64,000 nt of DNA, taken from Spironucleus salmonicida (taxonomy: Eukaryota). The DNA is taken from the NCBI RefSeq assembly GCF_000497125.1, contig NC_090596.1, forward strand, positions 1,240,001 through 1,304,000. Direction: 5' to 3'. The position numbers and the translations under genes are program-made. Positions 37,501-50,883 of this stretch are shown one piece after another. Under the pieces are notes generated by a model. It was not told the origin of the DNA, made no database searches, and saw only the letters and a program-made list of their open reading frames with translations. Within the stretch, counting starts at the first letter, position 1. Each line of letters opens with the position of its first letter.

Positions 37501-37908
37501 ATCCTCTGTATTTTATAATATTGCGAATAATTAGTTTACAATTAATAAATACACCGTAGTAAATACTTCTTATGCAGAGAAATTTATCTTACTATCTGTA
37601 ATTTTGAGATCGAAAATATTATTATTATTATTTAAGCTACTTTAGCATAGTTAACGCTTATAGTTTGCAAGGCAAAAATAATTATCTATTTAAGAAGTTG
37701 ATTAATGAATTGCCTTTTGAAAAGATGCATTTTTGCTAGTTAATTTAATAAACTTTGGTTTGCGTTTATTTAATAGTGAAATAAACAAATCTGAAGAAAA
37801 CTTATCATTTGTAGGAAAATTTGTTTAGGAATTATAAGATTAAACAGAACCATCTATATTAATAGAGAACATTGAATTAGAATTTCCTAAATCAATGCTA
37901 ATAATCAT
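34540..37908 (-). CDS. Hsp70/actin-like ATPase fused to an RBR (IBR-RING2) E3 ubiquitin ligase, 1122 aa
   Basis: No in-frame TGA found over 1123 codons. N-terminal IDLGNSNS, WIITIP, EPVAA, IDFGGSTIDFS, CGGSYID, LTGGF, AMGAA; C-terminal CPYQNCKLKFCGLC..WH and CKKC..EKSSGCNHVTC..CGAHNCYVC. Confidence 0.88.
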
Positions 37909-37962
37909 TTAAGGAGTGTATATCAAAAATAATGCATATGAATATATATAATTAGTTTGTTA

Positions 37963-39693
37963 TCACACGATTAATTAACTGTTAGAATCGGTTCTTTATA
38001 TGAGAACATCATTATCCCGCTTAGGCATTTTATGCTTTTTGCTTGATTTCTTGACCACAATAACTATAATAACACATACAATGACCAATCCTGCTACTGA
38101 ACCAACGGCAATTCCAATAATTGAGCCGACTGACATATTAACACCGCAAATACCGGGATTCAACTTGCATTCTAAACATTGCTCTTCCACTAACTTAGAA
38201 CCATCAACACAGAGCTAGCACTTACTATTTGTATCACATTATGCACAATTTGGAATGAGAATATCTCCACATTGACATTCTTGCCCTAACGTGATATCCT
38301 TGCAAAAATCACATTTTCCTTCTTTCAATGAATAACCCGGAGCACACATAGTACATGTATTGCCTTAACACTAGCGACACCCTGTAATTTAAGTATCATC
38401 ACAGTTACATTCTTAGTTATCATTTAACATACATGAAACACACTTGTTATCCATTTTAAAATGCCCAGGTGAGCATTTTTCACAACTTTTAATATCTAAA
38501 CACGAACTGCAGTTCGAAGCACAATCCATACAAGAATCCGGAGCGGCAATAATTTTGTGGCAGTATTAGCCTTCCCTGCAAGGAGCTTGTAATCCGCACC
38601 CCTCAACTATGCAAGTCCCAAGAATTAATTCTGCGTTATCAACACAAGAACCGCAGCCTTTTTACGAACAGCTGGCGCAGTTTTTGAGCAAATCTCCACC
38701 GCACGTGCAGACGCTCCCCAAAGGAGCATTTTTCTAGCATTTCTAACACTGGCCGCCAACGAGTGTGAAGCCATCAATACACTTTCCACATTCCCCATCT
38801 TTGCACATCCCACAACTCTCAAATTACTTCTCACCACAATTGCAAAGGCTTCCGGCTGGTGATTCCTGCGAGCAGCTCTGGCAAGTATTTTGCGATAAAA
38901 ATGCACCTTCTTTACAAGAAATACATTAATTCCACTTTCCATGACATGCCTTGCAACTACTCGAGCACGTGATGCAAGTGTTAGTAGATGTTTCTGAAAT
39001 ATCACAGAACTAACCTGCCTTACACTGCGAATCTATCATACAGTCGTCCTTGAAACATGAGCCTATGATTAATCTATATCCCGAAATACAGGAAATACAC
39101 TTTGTACCGCTACAGGAAGCGCAATTTCTTACCAGTGAAGTATCACAGCGACATTACAGTTGTTCTGGCATCGCGATATCACAAAGCTCACACTTAAATG
39201 TAGAACTGATATAATAATTAGAGATACAAACTTCGCACTCCTCTTTTGCATTACATTTTGTACAATTTTTAGAGCAGTTTTTGCAAGTTGATTCCGGTGT
39301 CAAGTACTGATCGCTCTTACAGGTTAAACAAGTATTTATTGAAGAGCATGTAATACAGCTTTCCGAGCATTTTTCACACGTTTATCCGCTTAAAAAATAA
39401 CCTACGCTGCATGTTTAGCATTGTTTTTCGTCTGTGCACGAGCGGCAGTTCGCACCGCACGACTCGCATATTTCATTTTTGAGGAAAAATGTGTGAGAGC
39501 ATAAATCACATTTTTCTGAGTTACACTATGCGCAATTTTATAGTATGGTACCACATTTACACGAAGCACCAACAGGCTGATCCTCAGAGCAAGTGAGACA
39601 TGTGATGCTTTCCTCTCCTGCAACAAGGGGGCAGAAATATCCGTCCTTGCAATTGTTAAGTGAGCTAGTGCATTCTCCAGCGTCAGCACCCAT
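37963..39693 (-). CDS. Cysteine-rich membrane protein (CRMP), 576 aa
   Basis: ATG 39693 MGADAGECTSSLNNCKDGYFCP; CxxC/CxC array; TM SIIGIAVGSVAGLVIVCVIIVIVV followed by KKSSKK. Paralog of 412..2154. Confidence 0.92.
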
Positions 39694-39989
39694 TTGTTAA
39701 TGGGAAAGGTGGAGCGGGATATGAGTTGAATCTGCAAACTAAGTGACTTAATAAAAGGAATGATGAAATGAATTTATTAGTTGTATCAAATATTATGTAT
39801 CAAGGAGATACAGGTTAAAATATATTTATACTAAAACTATAATTTATGTGTTTAAACAATATATATACTTTGAATTTAAACCGCTTAACCAAAAATAACA
39901 TATTTTACATGTTATATAAAATATTTAAAAATATTTTTGCGTGTTTGTAAAAATTCTCATATCAAATAACTTATATTATAGTAAAAATT

Positions 39990-40775
39990 TCACAATCCGA
40001 AAACTGGAAAAACTGCAAACTTTCTTCTACTCTCAGGAAACAGCTCATTAAGGCGCTCCTATTTCTTGTAACCCCACACGCGAATCTAGCCATAACCGAA
40101 AATAGCAAAAATTAATGCCCTTGCGTTACTGCAGCTGAGTCCAAAACATACCCAAGAAAGAAGTTCAAACGTATAATTAGGGCAAGCCACATATTTGAAA
40201 AGCAGACTTGAAGGGTTCTAGTAACCTTTTTTACCACTCCTAATTAGACGCAAATGTATATGGCAAAAGCCATTCAGAAATTCTGAAATTATAAAGCAAA
40301 CACCCCAGAACACGTTGAAATTTACTTAATTTTGGACCAGAACGAAGAACGAAAATCCGTAATAGTATGCACAGTTCTTGAAAACGTTACGGATCGGCAT
40401 TGTCGCGTTAGAAAATTCGTGGACGAACATTGTTTCCAAAATGCGTTTAGAGAAATGGAAAATCCAAAAATACACCTATGGAGTTGAAGAAAAAAGAAAT
40501 GTGGAAATTAACAGCGGACCCATGTACTCGAGCATAAATACTAATCTATATGAGATTTACGGGCCTATATATTTTAGAGTTATTTCTGATGTCTCGATCT
40601 GTTTTTCAATTTCCTGTTTTTAGTTCAGATACGTATTTTTTGACACTGAAATTAGAATTCTCGATGGTTTAAAGCCGTACAGTGCGGCACATGCATGATG
40701 CAATTGGTGCCCAGTCGCTGATGGTGACATTGGGAGCATTTTGAACTCATTCTTGTAATTGACTTTTAACATCAT
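39990..40775 (-). CDS. TECR: Trans-2,3-enoyl-CoA reductase (Tsc13/TECR), 261 aa
   Basis: [57 protein letters not shown]. Confidence 0.92.
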
Positions 40776-40979
40776 TCTATAGATTCGTATATAAATTTGT
40801 GGATAATAATTTACTTTTGGTTAGCATAATATAAATTTAATAAATATATTGAATAATATATGATATATTGGTATACAAAAAAGTCTTAGGAAGAATTCGA
40901 CATAATAATGTAATTTATTTAAATCGCTTTTATATATTCAGATACTATATATATTAATAAGTGGATTTATATTTTAATA

Positions 40980-42203
40980 ATGTCAAACTTTAATATTTAG
41001 CTTACAGATTAAATATATTGGGTAGGTGCAATAGATTGGTCTGTAAGGTAATTTCATGGATATTTTACTGAAGATGGTACATCATATAATTCATATTTGC
41101 TTATGGATGAGCAACCAACTTTGATAGACACAGTCAGAGAAACATTTTCTACTGAGTATATTGAAAGAATAAGTTTAGTATGTTCATTAGATAAAATAAA
41201 GAATATAGTTATTTAACATGCAGAACCTGATCATGCTTCTGCACTTCCTTATTTGCTTAAGAAAACACCAAATGCTACTGTATTTTGCAATAAAAAGTGT
41301 TAAGAGTTTTTATTAGCATTTCAGTTTATAGATCAAGATACAAAAATTACGATAGTAGATAACGAATACAGATTGAATATAGGTAAAAGAACCATATCAT
41401 TTAAATAAACTCCATTACTTCACTGGCCTGAATCTATGTGTAGTTTCATTAAAGAAGAAGGTATATTATTTTCTTAGGATATTTTTGGTTAGCATCTTGC
41501 ATCCACCGAACGATTTTGTACAGATTTAATTCAAGAAAAAGTTCTATTAAGAACAAAAGAATATCTATGCAACATTATGGGGCACTTATAAGTTTAACTT
41601 AAAACTGCACTTGCTTTGGTAGATTCAAATGATTTTTAGATGATTCTGCCTGCCCATGGATTAGCTTTTAACAATACTGAAATTATTTAAAAAGTAGTTA
41701 AAATTTATCGTGATTTTCACTAGAACAAGCACTTATAAAAGAAAATAGTTATATTATATGATTCAATGTACGGATCTACTGCTTAAATGACTTAAGTATT
41801 AGCTGAATCAATAAAATAGGAAAATATTTTAGTAATTCCTCTTGATTTAAAAGTCAATACTTTTACTAAAGCTTGTCTTAACTGCTATGATGCAAGTGGA
41901 ATTGCAATTGGAAGTCCTACGCTTAACCATACTATGATGCCTAATGTTGAGGCCTGTTTAAGCTATCTTAGAGGGCTTCTAGTTTTTAAAAACAAGCCAA
42001 CTATTGTTTTTGGATCTTATGGTTGGAGTTCAAATGCTATAAAAGATATCACTAATTATCTTACTGGATGTGATGCTAAGATTTTAGGTAGTTTCTAGCA
42101 TATTTTGTGTCTACCTGAAGATAAACTTATCGATGTCTAAAAATCAGGAAAGTAGCTTGCAGATGCTACCCTAGAATATTATAATGTAAATGTAAACAAG
42201 TGA
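40980..42203 (+). CDS. fprA: Flavodiiron protein (A-type flavoprotein), 407 aa
   Basis: WVGAIDW..FHGY..GTSYNSY, HAEPDH, LHWPES, DIFGQH, PAHG; flavodoxin YDSMYGST, GSPT, FGSYGWS. Confidence 0.95.
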
Positions 42204-42212
42204 TATATTTCC

Positions 42213-43172
42213 TCAGTTTTTAACGTCGTCATCTCCCCATAGCCTCCATAGTTTGCATGAACAATCATCACTAGATGTAATCATCATGCCGTCTACTATA
42301 TAACTAGAATTAATCTTTTTCGAATGTGCGACAAATAATCCAAATATTTCCGCTTTTTTAAGATTATATAAAACCCCTGATCCCTGTTTATCAAACCCTA
42401 CTGCAATTAATTTCTATTCATTACAGCATAACGAACTAATTTCAAGCCCCTAATACCATTAAGTAAATAGATCCTTAAACCCAAATTCTGACATACTCCA
42501 TAACGAAAAATGTCCAAATTTGTCTCCAAAAACTATTAAATCATCCATTACCACTAAAGAAGTCAAATCGCGAGTTGAAATATCAGGCTATGCAGGATCT
42601 CTAGATAAATAAGCAAGAGGAACTATCTACTAATTCTTGATCTAAAAAACTTTGGAGTTCTTTTTTGTAACTACAAAGAGGTAGTCTTTGTTAGTATAAA
42701 TCAGTTGCTTCTTCTTATTTTCCGAAACTTTATATTATAAATAAAAATTTGATTATTTTGTAATTAGTAGACTTATATCAGGCACAAAAGCTAAATCTCC
42801 ATTTGAATAAGCAATAAAAAGCCTATTGAACTGTAAATGCATATCGCAGGGCTCAGATGATATTAACTTTGCTAAATGGTAAACTACTAGTTTATTATCA
42901 TCCAGTTCCTAAGTTGGATCTACTCGTACTAAAGTTAATGCACCGCATTTATCTAAAATAATTATAACATCGTCGACTTACGCCATTTATACTAACTCTG
43001 TTGTCTGTGAAATTTTTTTTTTAGTTTCGACAAAGTCAGATTCAAAACCATAATACCGAAACCATAAATGAAGGCTAGTTTTTGTTAGAGATATTATATA
43101 TTTACTAGAGTAAAATGCATTAATAACTGGCTCACTATGCAAGAAGTACCTATAAAGTTCAGGTTGCACCAT
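42213..43172 (-). CDS. WD40-repeat protein, 319 aa
   Basis: HSEPV...LHLW, IVFGDKFGHFSLW, MITSSDDCSCKLW. Confidence 0.78.
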
Positions 43173-43292
43173 TTTTTCAAGTATATAAATATTGTAGTTA
43201 TATAGTATAGGTCTTTAAAAGAAAAAACAAAATTTAAAGTATTATTATATTATTTATAAGTAATTATATATCATTCCACTTTACGCTCCATA

Positions 43293-44090
43293 ATGGCTTA
43301 CGTTCCTGGGTAAATTTACAGACCTACAAAAAATCTAACCTTAAAGACTGAAATAGACAAAGAAGGTTTTTATACCGAAACATAATACACTTATTTTGAA
43401 AAGGGAGATGAGGATGTTAAAACGCAAGTTGTTACTAACCAACTTATCTAATCTCAAGTAATGCTTTCTTCAGCAGCAATAAGAAGATACAATGCCCGTT
43501 AACATGAACTCACTAATGCAACCAACCCTTAACCCCCTGAATAAGATTTCCTTGCCCCTAATGAAGTTAGAGTATAAATAAACCGTTAACATGTTAAAAA
43601 CTCTTCTACTACTATTTAATGCTAAATTTGTCGTGGACCCCATATATCTTAAGACTGTCCTGTAAAAGATATTTTGTAAAAGAAATAAATTAAAGGTGAA
43701 ATAGTATATTCGTGCAAAATTGAACCTATTCCGATGGGTTGGGAACGCCCAGAGTTATAAAAATTTTTGGATGGCCGCTTTTAAGCTGTTTAAAAGCATG
43801 TTAATAAACTTTAGTAAGACAAGATTTCAGCTATTACATAAGGTCATGAAAACGAAGAAAAGAATATTGAAAAGCAACTTGTAGAATTGAGAAAAGTTAT
43901 GATTGGTTATCCGCCTAAAAATCTATTTATCCGTGAAGATAACAAAGATAAACGTTGGAGATTTGCGTTTGCCCATTTCATTACAGAGGAGGCTGCAAAA
44001 ATGTGCGAAAAGAGTATTCAGAAAATAGAAATAGTCGGCGAAAACACTTTCCTTTATGCCATGTATACTGGTGCTAGAGAATTCAAGTGA
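43293..44090 (+). CDS. EIF3G: Translation initiation factor eIF3 subunit G, 265 aa
   Basis: CQICRGPHISQDCP zinc knuckle followed by an RRM with RNP1 RFAFAHF. Confidence 0.8.
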
Positions 44091-44125
44091 TTGTCACTTT
44101 TTGACCATTTCTATTATGAAATCAT

Positions 44126-44551
44126 TCATTTTTATTTATTTTGCCAGAGTGATCTGAGATGATATATCTTTTATACATCAAACACGTTCTCTATTTTTTA
44201 ATTTTTTAAAATACTATGCCATATTTTACAGCTCCGATTCAAGAATATTTTAATAATAAATTTCGTATCTTGACTAGGGTAGTACCTATAACAAAGACCG
44301 AGTGTCTAGTCTCTATGTTGCTAAATGGCTAGTCTTTTTAATATATTTTTAGTTTAAATCGATTTTAGGAGAAGACCATAGATATAGATATTATGTAAAT
44401 TTAATAAATGTAAAGTGTTTTCACAGAATTTTTTAACTTGATTAAACGCAAACTTCATGATATCATTTCTGATGGGTATTGACATTTTATCACCTATATA
44501 ATTAAACTGTAAATAATTAATACTTGTTGTATTATTTATAAAATTATACAT
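44126..44551 (-). CDS. Possible hypothetical protein, 141 aa
   Basis: ORF only. The frame stays open upstream to 44683. Confidence 0.35.
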
Positions 44552-44878
44552 GAATCCAATATATATTATGTCCTATAAAAACTACCAAGTATTACCAAAT
44601 TGTTCTAAACCATCGATTGAAATATCATATTATCTAGCTAAATCAGCAGTATATACGTATTTTTATTCTAATAGTTTACATACTCATATTTTATCCATAT
44701 TTACTTTTCATGCACAATTTATATCAAATAATTTTATTTTTATATTATGCTATATAATATTAATTATTCCTCAAACTACAGTGAAATATATATAATATTA
44801 ACGTATATCTATTTTTCACCAATCCATTTTAACCACTAAACCCTCTTCTACGACCCTCAACCTCCAACCCTCCCAAAA

Positions 44879-45361
44879 ATGCTCGTCGCGCTTTAGTAGT
44901 GCTTCAAATACTACGAATTCAGCATGCACACGCTCCGTATCCGCAAATAGAGCCACTCCTGCACTCTGAAAACGCCGGAAAATGTCCATTTTACAGTTCT
45001 GTACGCAAACGGCAGTGGCGAGAGTTTCGCCCTTAACGATGTCATATCCTTGAATAGTGGAGCTTACACAATCGAAATCCCGGACGCAATGCTCATTTAG
45101 GCTGTGTTCTGCTAGCATTTCCCAGCGGATGCCATTTTGAGTCTTTCGAGTTATAAGAACATGGTGGTTAGCATTGTTTTCTCACTTATTCTTACCGCAG
45201 GAATGGCCGCTCTGGTGACGATTATCGCAATGTTTCTTGCGATGCGCTGCCGGCAGGGAAGTGGGGTGGATGACGTTACCACATCGTCAGTTTTGAGGGC
45301 CATGGCCCCGTAGTTCGATGCAATGAACACAGGTCTTCTGGACGATAGTAGGTAGGCATGA
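44879..45361 (+). CDS. Single-pass membrane protein, 160 aa
   Basis: ATG 44879 to TGA; TM MVVSIVFSLILTAGMAALVTIIAMFLAM. Confidence 0.7.
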
Positions 45362-45520
45362 GTGATCGGAGGCTAGCGTTTTTCGACTAAGGGATTAGGA
45401 GCGGTTAAGTTTACGCTTTAGAAAATAATGGATAATAATGCATAAAAGTTAATAAACTGTTCAGAAATATGTAATATGATATAATAATAAATAATAAGTA
45501 ATATTTTTTACTATTCTTGA

Positions 45521-46522
45521 ATGACTCAGTTTTGTCAAAAACCAATTATTAACGAATACTTGCATTCCGCGACATATTCAGCTCATTGCGACGGAAATGG
45601 TTATCCATAAAAGCAATTCTACGATTTTTATACAAAAATTGCAGAGGGTGGTCCCGCAGTCATTATTATGTAGCATGCCTATGTTCAACTCAATGGTAGG
45701 TTCTCCGATCGCTAATTGTCGATTTCAGATGACTCTACTATTGAGCATCACAAAAAAGTTGTCTAAACAATTAGAAATGTGAATAAAGATATTATTATTG
45801 TTTGTTAGCTTGCTCACGCGGGTATCAAGGCTCCAAATGCTGAGAAATACGATATTAATACTATGTCTAAATAAGATTTTGAAGACGTAGTTAAAAGTTT
45901 TTAAAAAGCTGCGGAACGTGCGAAATCAGCAGGCTATGATGCAGTACAAATCCATTCTGCGCACTAGTATTTATTAAGCTAAAGTATATCTTCAGGTTAT
46001 AATCAAAGAACAGATTAATATATGTATATGGATTTTAAGCTTTTGACAGATGTTTTTAATGCTGTAAAGCCAATTATTTATGCTGGAGTAAAAATTTAAT
46101 CAAATGATTTTATGACATAAATTGGTGTTAACTATGAGTTTTCATTAAATATTTGTAAGACTATTCCCTTCGATTTTATTGAAATCTCTGGTGGTGGTCG
46201 CGATGAACGTAGTGCTTTCTTAACTGGTAGAGATGATAAATCTGATACGTTTTATTACTAAGACATGGTTAAATTGATGGATAAGTAATTTTTAGAGGAC
46301 AATTTTATCATAGTAACTGGTGGATTCTAAAATATTGAAGACGCAAAGAAAGCTTTATAATTGGGCTGCAAAATGGTTGGTTTTAGTAGAAAATTTATTA
46401 GAAACCCTATGTTTTTAAAGAATGATAATAGTATATGTGTTAGATGTAACTTATGCAGTAAAAAGTGTAGCGAAGAGGCTGGCCTTGCATGTGTTTTCAA
46501 AGGCGGATATGGTGTTATCTGA
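45521..46522 (+). CDS. NADH:flavin oxidoreductase, Old Yellow Enzyme family, 333 aa
   Basis: CQLAHAG, AAERAKSAGYDAVQIHSAHQYLLSQ, NQRTDQY, C-terminal CVRCNLC...C. Confidence 0.92.
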
Positions 46523-46813
46523 TTTTATAATACAATATAATTTTATAATATCACTCCAAGGAATTGCTTTTAAAGCGAGATCTACATTATAAAGAGGATA
46601 TATTCTAGTATATTAATTAAAATAATATTTACAAATATAGACCATAAAACTACTTAAATTTTAAAAATATTCTAGTAAGATTAAGATATTAGACAAATTT
46701 GGTGCTAATAATGCCGGATTATTTTAGTTTTAGATTGTTATACTTAAAACTACAATAACCAAATAATTAATAAACTTTATTATACGCCATATAATATAAT
46801 CTTTAGAAGTTTA

Positions 46814-49594
46814 ATGTATAATCCAAAAACGGATTATGTTTTTTATGAAGTTTTTGGACGATAAATGTACAGAAGAGAAGAGTTAATTGAATAATTTTGT
46901 AAAAGGTCTAATAGTATAATTTAAGATTTGCAATAAGGCAACGAACCTGTTGATTGTATTTATCATATTTATTTGATATACAAATTATATAAGTCTTATG
47001 CAAGACCTTTATAAGGTTTACTGCCTGTTTCAGACTTATTGCTGGTTTATTTGCCATTAAGAATGTAAATAATATCGAATTTTATTGAAAAACATAGAAC
47101 TCATTACAATACAACAACAATTAAAAATGCCTATGATGAGTTATATATGTGTTTATTATGGCTTAATCTTCATACCAGTTTTGATTTTAAGTCTCTTTAA
47201 ACAATATTTTAATTCTCTATCAATGATGGTGGGAGATATCAATAGCTATTTGTTAAAACTGCAGTCAGCAAGCTTCAGTAGGAGGATTTGTTGGAGTTTG
47301 AATTATTTAATTTAGAAGGTGTAGTTTAGCCATAGAATATCAACTAATTAGTGCTATCTATAATTTTTAAGACCGAAATGTTAAAACAGTACAACTAAAG
47401 GTAGGTTGAAACCACAATACTTAACCTATTTAATCATTCAAATAAATAAGTCCGGTAAGCGATAACAATATATTATGCTCATTCAATTACTTCATTATAA
47501 ACATTTTAGAATGGGTTATAGTTGTGTCAAAATGTATATCAAAGCGGAAAGGAAGCATTTGCATATATAATTAGCTAAAGTGATAATGCTATAGAATGGG
47601 CATAATCTAGCTTTTCATTAGTATCTGAAGAGTCTAAAGCGGTTATATCACTAATTTATGGGTTCAGGCTTCAACACTAACTAAGTCTGGATGAAACTTG
47701 TATTAGATAATTAATTTAATATAATTTTTATAAAAACTCTAAATTTATTCAGCTATACATCGATAGTTGCTTATTTGTATTCTATCAGTCAGCTAAGTTA
47801 TCATACTCAAAATCCTTGTATCAAAAGATAGCATAAGTAACATTAGCTTTAGCATTATTCCATAAAGAAGCAGAAGTTAGATCAGCGTCCGCGAGTTGTT
47901 TTTAACAAATTGATGGTAGATTATTACACAAATATCCATAAATTTCTTCTTAATTAGATATATCATTATTATTTAAGATTGAATATGGATACTAAATTTC
48001 TATAGAAATTATATAGAATAATTAAGAATTTCATAATGATTTTTCAGACTGCCTATCTTAGATTATTCTATCCACTAATCATGATATTTAAATATTATGT
48101 TAAAATTCGCTTAAACATCTTTAAATTGATATTTCCAAATATTATCCATTTATGTTTTCTAAAGAATAATTTGAAGTAGCTGGAGCATTCTTAATTATTT
48201 GCTCATAGATTAACAAAGACTTTTAATTTGAATTATTAAATAATTAATTAGTAACAGTATTATCATAAGGGCTTGACAGGGATGATTTAAATACTCTTTT
48301 TACTAATATTTCAGCATTATCTATTCTTATTCTTGAAGTATTAATGTATAATATTTCCAAGCCATTAATTTCCAAGGCAATCCAATTTATAACTCTAAAT
48401 CTACCCTTTTCAGTCAAGCATTTCTTCGTGGATGCTAAGATTTCTGAGCTTAGAAACGACTTGAATTTCCCAATTTTTAACCTTACTTAAAAAATTTGTG
48501 AACTTTCATCTGACTTTAAAAATTCGAAGTAAAAGGATAATTTTCTTTAGCTTTTATTAGAAGTAGAAAAAGGAGAGAATCTTTAGAACTTTATGACCTA
48601 GTTTCAATCATCTAAAGATATTTATTTACGCCTTGTGTATTTAAATCTAATAGACTCTAAGTACAGGTATGCTACGGATTCTTTGTTGATTTATAATTGC
48701 ATTCGATCATATTTAACCGATTTCTCTAATGATGAAAGAGGTGATATAGGTTCATATGTTAGATTTAGGTCATATTAAATCTTTGCTAAGTTAGCAGAAA
48801 ATCCTTAATTTTTCAAATAGTTCATTAAATGTTCTGTTTACTTTATTGGTAGTAAAATTACAACATTTAGAATCTTTGCAATTGAAAAAGTCATTCACAT
48901 CACTTCCCTTCATGATAAACCTTTCTACGACCGTCATTTCTCAGAATTATTCCCAACGCTCAAAACCCCATATTTTGATCTCTGTACATAAACAAATAGA
49001 GAGCTACAAGGTAAAAAACGGGAGATTTACAAAGCTTTAGCACAAAATCGCATACTTTTACTAAATATTTTCCCAAACCACTAAAAATAAATAATTTTAG
49101 CTTCGATTTATGCCATTCCTGCCTCACTTGACGACGAAGTAATATCGTTGGAAATCTTAACGACATCTAATTTTGACTAGATATAATCTACTCTGATTTC
49201 GCTTTTCCACTCCCCCAATTTCCACTAAACCAAACTTGCATCTGCTTAGTTTTTAGCTCTAAAATCGTCTTAAAAGCTAGATTTGACCTTAGTTTCGCTT
49301 CTATATTCGTTCTCAAAGACAAAAATTCCTATTCAAACTCTTCGCGATTGTCTGATCGTTTTTACGTCACATTTTGATTTTTTGAGCTTCGCATTCGCAT
49401 TTTTAGGGCATTCAAATCGCAAAATTCGTGATTATGCCGCTGGTTTTTTAGCCAATTTTATCGCGTTAGAGTGGAAAACCGAATTGTTTTTGGAAAGTTT
49501 TTGCTGCGTGAAATGGGCAGAACTGAGCGTTTAGGAGGTGAAAGCAGAGCGCAGAAAGATCATGAACGAGCTGGGCGTGGTAGTGCGGGAGTGA
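46814..49594 (+). CDS. TBCD: Tubulin-specific chaperone D, 926 aa
   Basis: FHKEAEVRSASASCFQQIDGR and DERGDIGSYVR signatures; HEAT-like; ends GAG-TGA. Confidence 0.85.
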
Positions 49595-49727
49595 ACATGC
49601 GATTTTTATTTACTTACTCACCGTACACCGATAAATAAATCAAAATTCAAATTAAGAACTACCCTCGGGACTTAGATTTTCACTTCATTTAATACCATTA
49701 TTATACAATTATTATATACCTGTTAAA

Positions 49728-50567
49728 ATGAATGACGAGGTCACATTTCTATTGTTTACACCTTCTGCAGCCCCAAAATTGAACTCCATGCCGCGGTAGG
49801 TGTTCCAGAAGACTTACTAGCTGTCAAATCGTGAGTTCCGCCTCTTCCTCATCGAGTCTGACTACGTGGACCCCGACAACCAGAAAAATCGGCTCCTCAT
49901 CTCTGTCCAGCAGATATCCTTCCTAGCAGACATCATACTTGGTGTCCTTATTTTGAAAGTGGGGCGCCTACCATTCGAGCAGGCACAGAAGCTGGGGAAC
50001 GCACTGATAAAACGACAGTGCGGGACGAACGTTCTGGACTACCTGTTCGAGCAGGTTAACCTTTTTATTTCCGAAGATCTTGTATCATAGTTCGACAATA
50101 TTCTCATGTAGGCACGGCGCGAGCGTTAGATGGTCAAGATGCTCCAGAACGTCGCACGCGTGATCCGGAGCCTCGAGAGCATAATTTCGATTTTGCAGAA
50201 CATGGCCGAGAACCAGAAAATCCTCAACTTCGACATCATCGAGAACTATCTTGAGAACCACCAGAACCTCCGGCACGAGGCCCGTGAAGTAGAGAATTTG
50301 GTCAAAATCCAGCAAATCAACCGCCACCTGCACCTTTCCTCCTCACGCAATGAGATCATCAAGTACACCCTCATCTTCAACTTTGTAAGTACAGCCGTGA
50401 GCTTCTGCAGCGTTATTTTCAGCATATACGGCATGAACTACAACAGTTTCATGATGGGAAGTGTGGCCGGATTTTATTGCGTCGTCGTTTTTAGCTTCGT
50501 TCTGAGCGCGCTTTTGTTCTTCTGCTTCATGCGAAAGAGTAGGGAGGCTCGAAACGTGTATATGTGA
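49728..50567 (+). CDS. CorA/Mrs2-family Mg2+ transporter, 279 aa
   Basis: LSSSRNEII, TM-YGMN-TM at the C-terminus. Confidence 0.88.
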
Positions 50568-50883
50568 GTTGGTTTGTGCCAATTTACTGGAGTGATTAAC
50601 TGCTTAACCAGTTGTGCCACTAATTTTTTGTTAAATTACAAATTCGTGACGAGATCGTTTCAAAAACATATATAATTGATTGGTAAGAACAATAAGATTT
50701 TAGTGAGAAATGCGTAGTTTATAGTAAAAAGTAAGAGCTTTATCAGTTGGATGCTGTTTTAATAGCGTATTTAGATAAAAGTAATGTTATAGAATATACG
50801 TGCTGCTGAATAGAACCTTATTTTTATGTGATAATAAAAATAAACTTTAAAAGGGTAAATATAATAAGATCATATAAAAAGAA

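Noticed and set aside
44816-45118. 100-aa minus-strand ORF from the track
   Set aside because: Antisense to a better plus-strand TM-protein ORF (44879..45361).
46551-47057. 168-codon minus-strand ORF
   Set aside because: Overlaps the TBCD 5' end and has the composition of random AT-rich sequence; long chance ORFs are common with a single stop codon.
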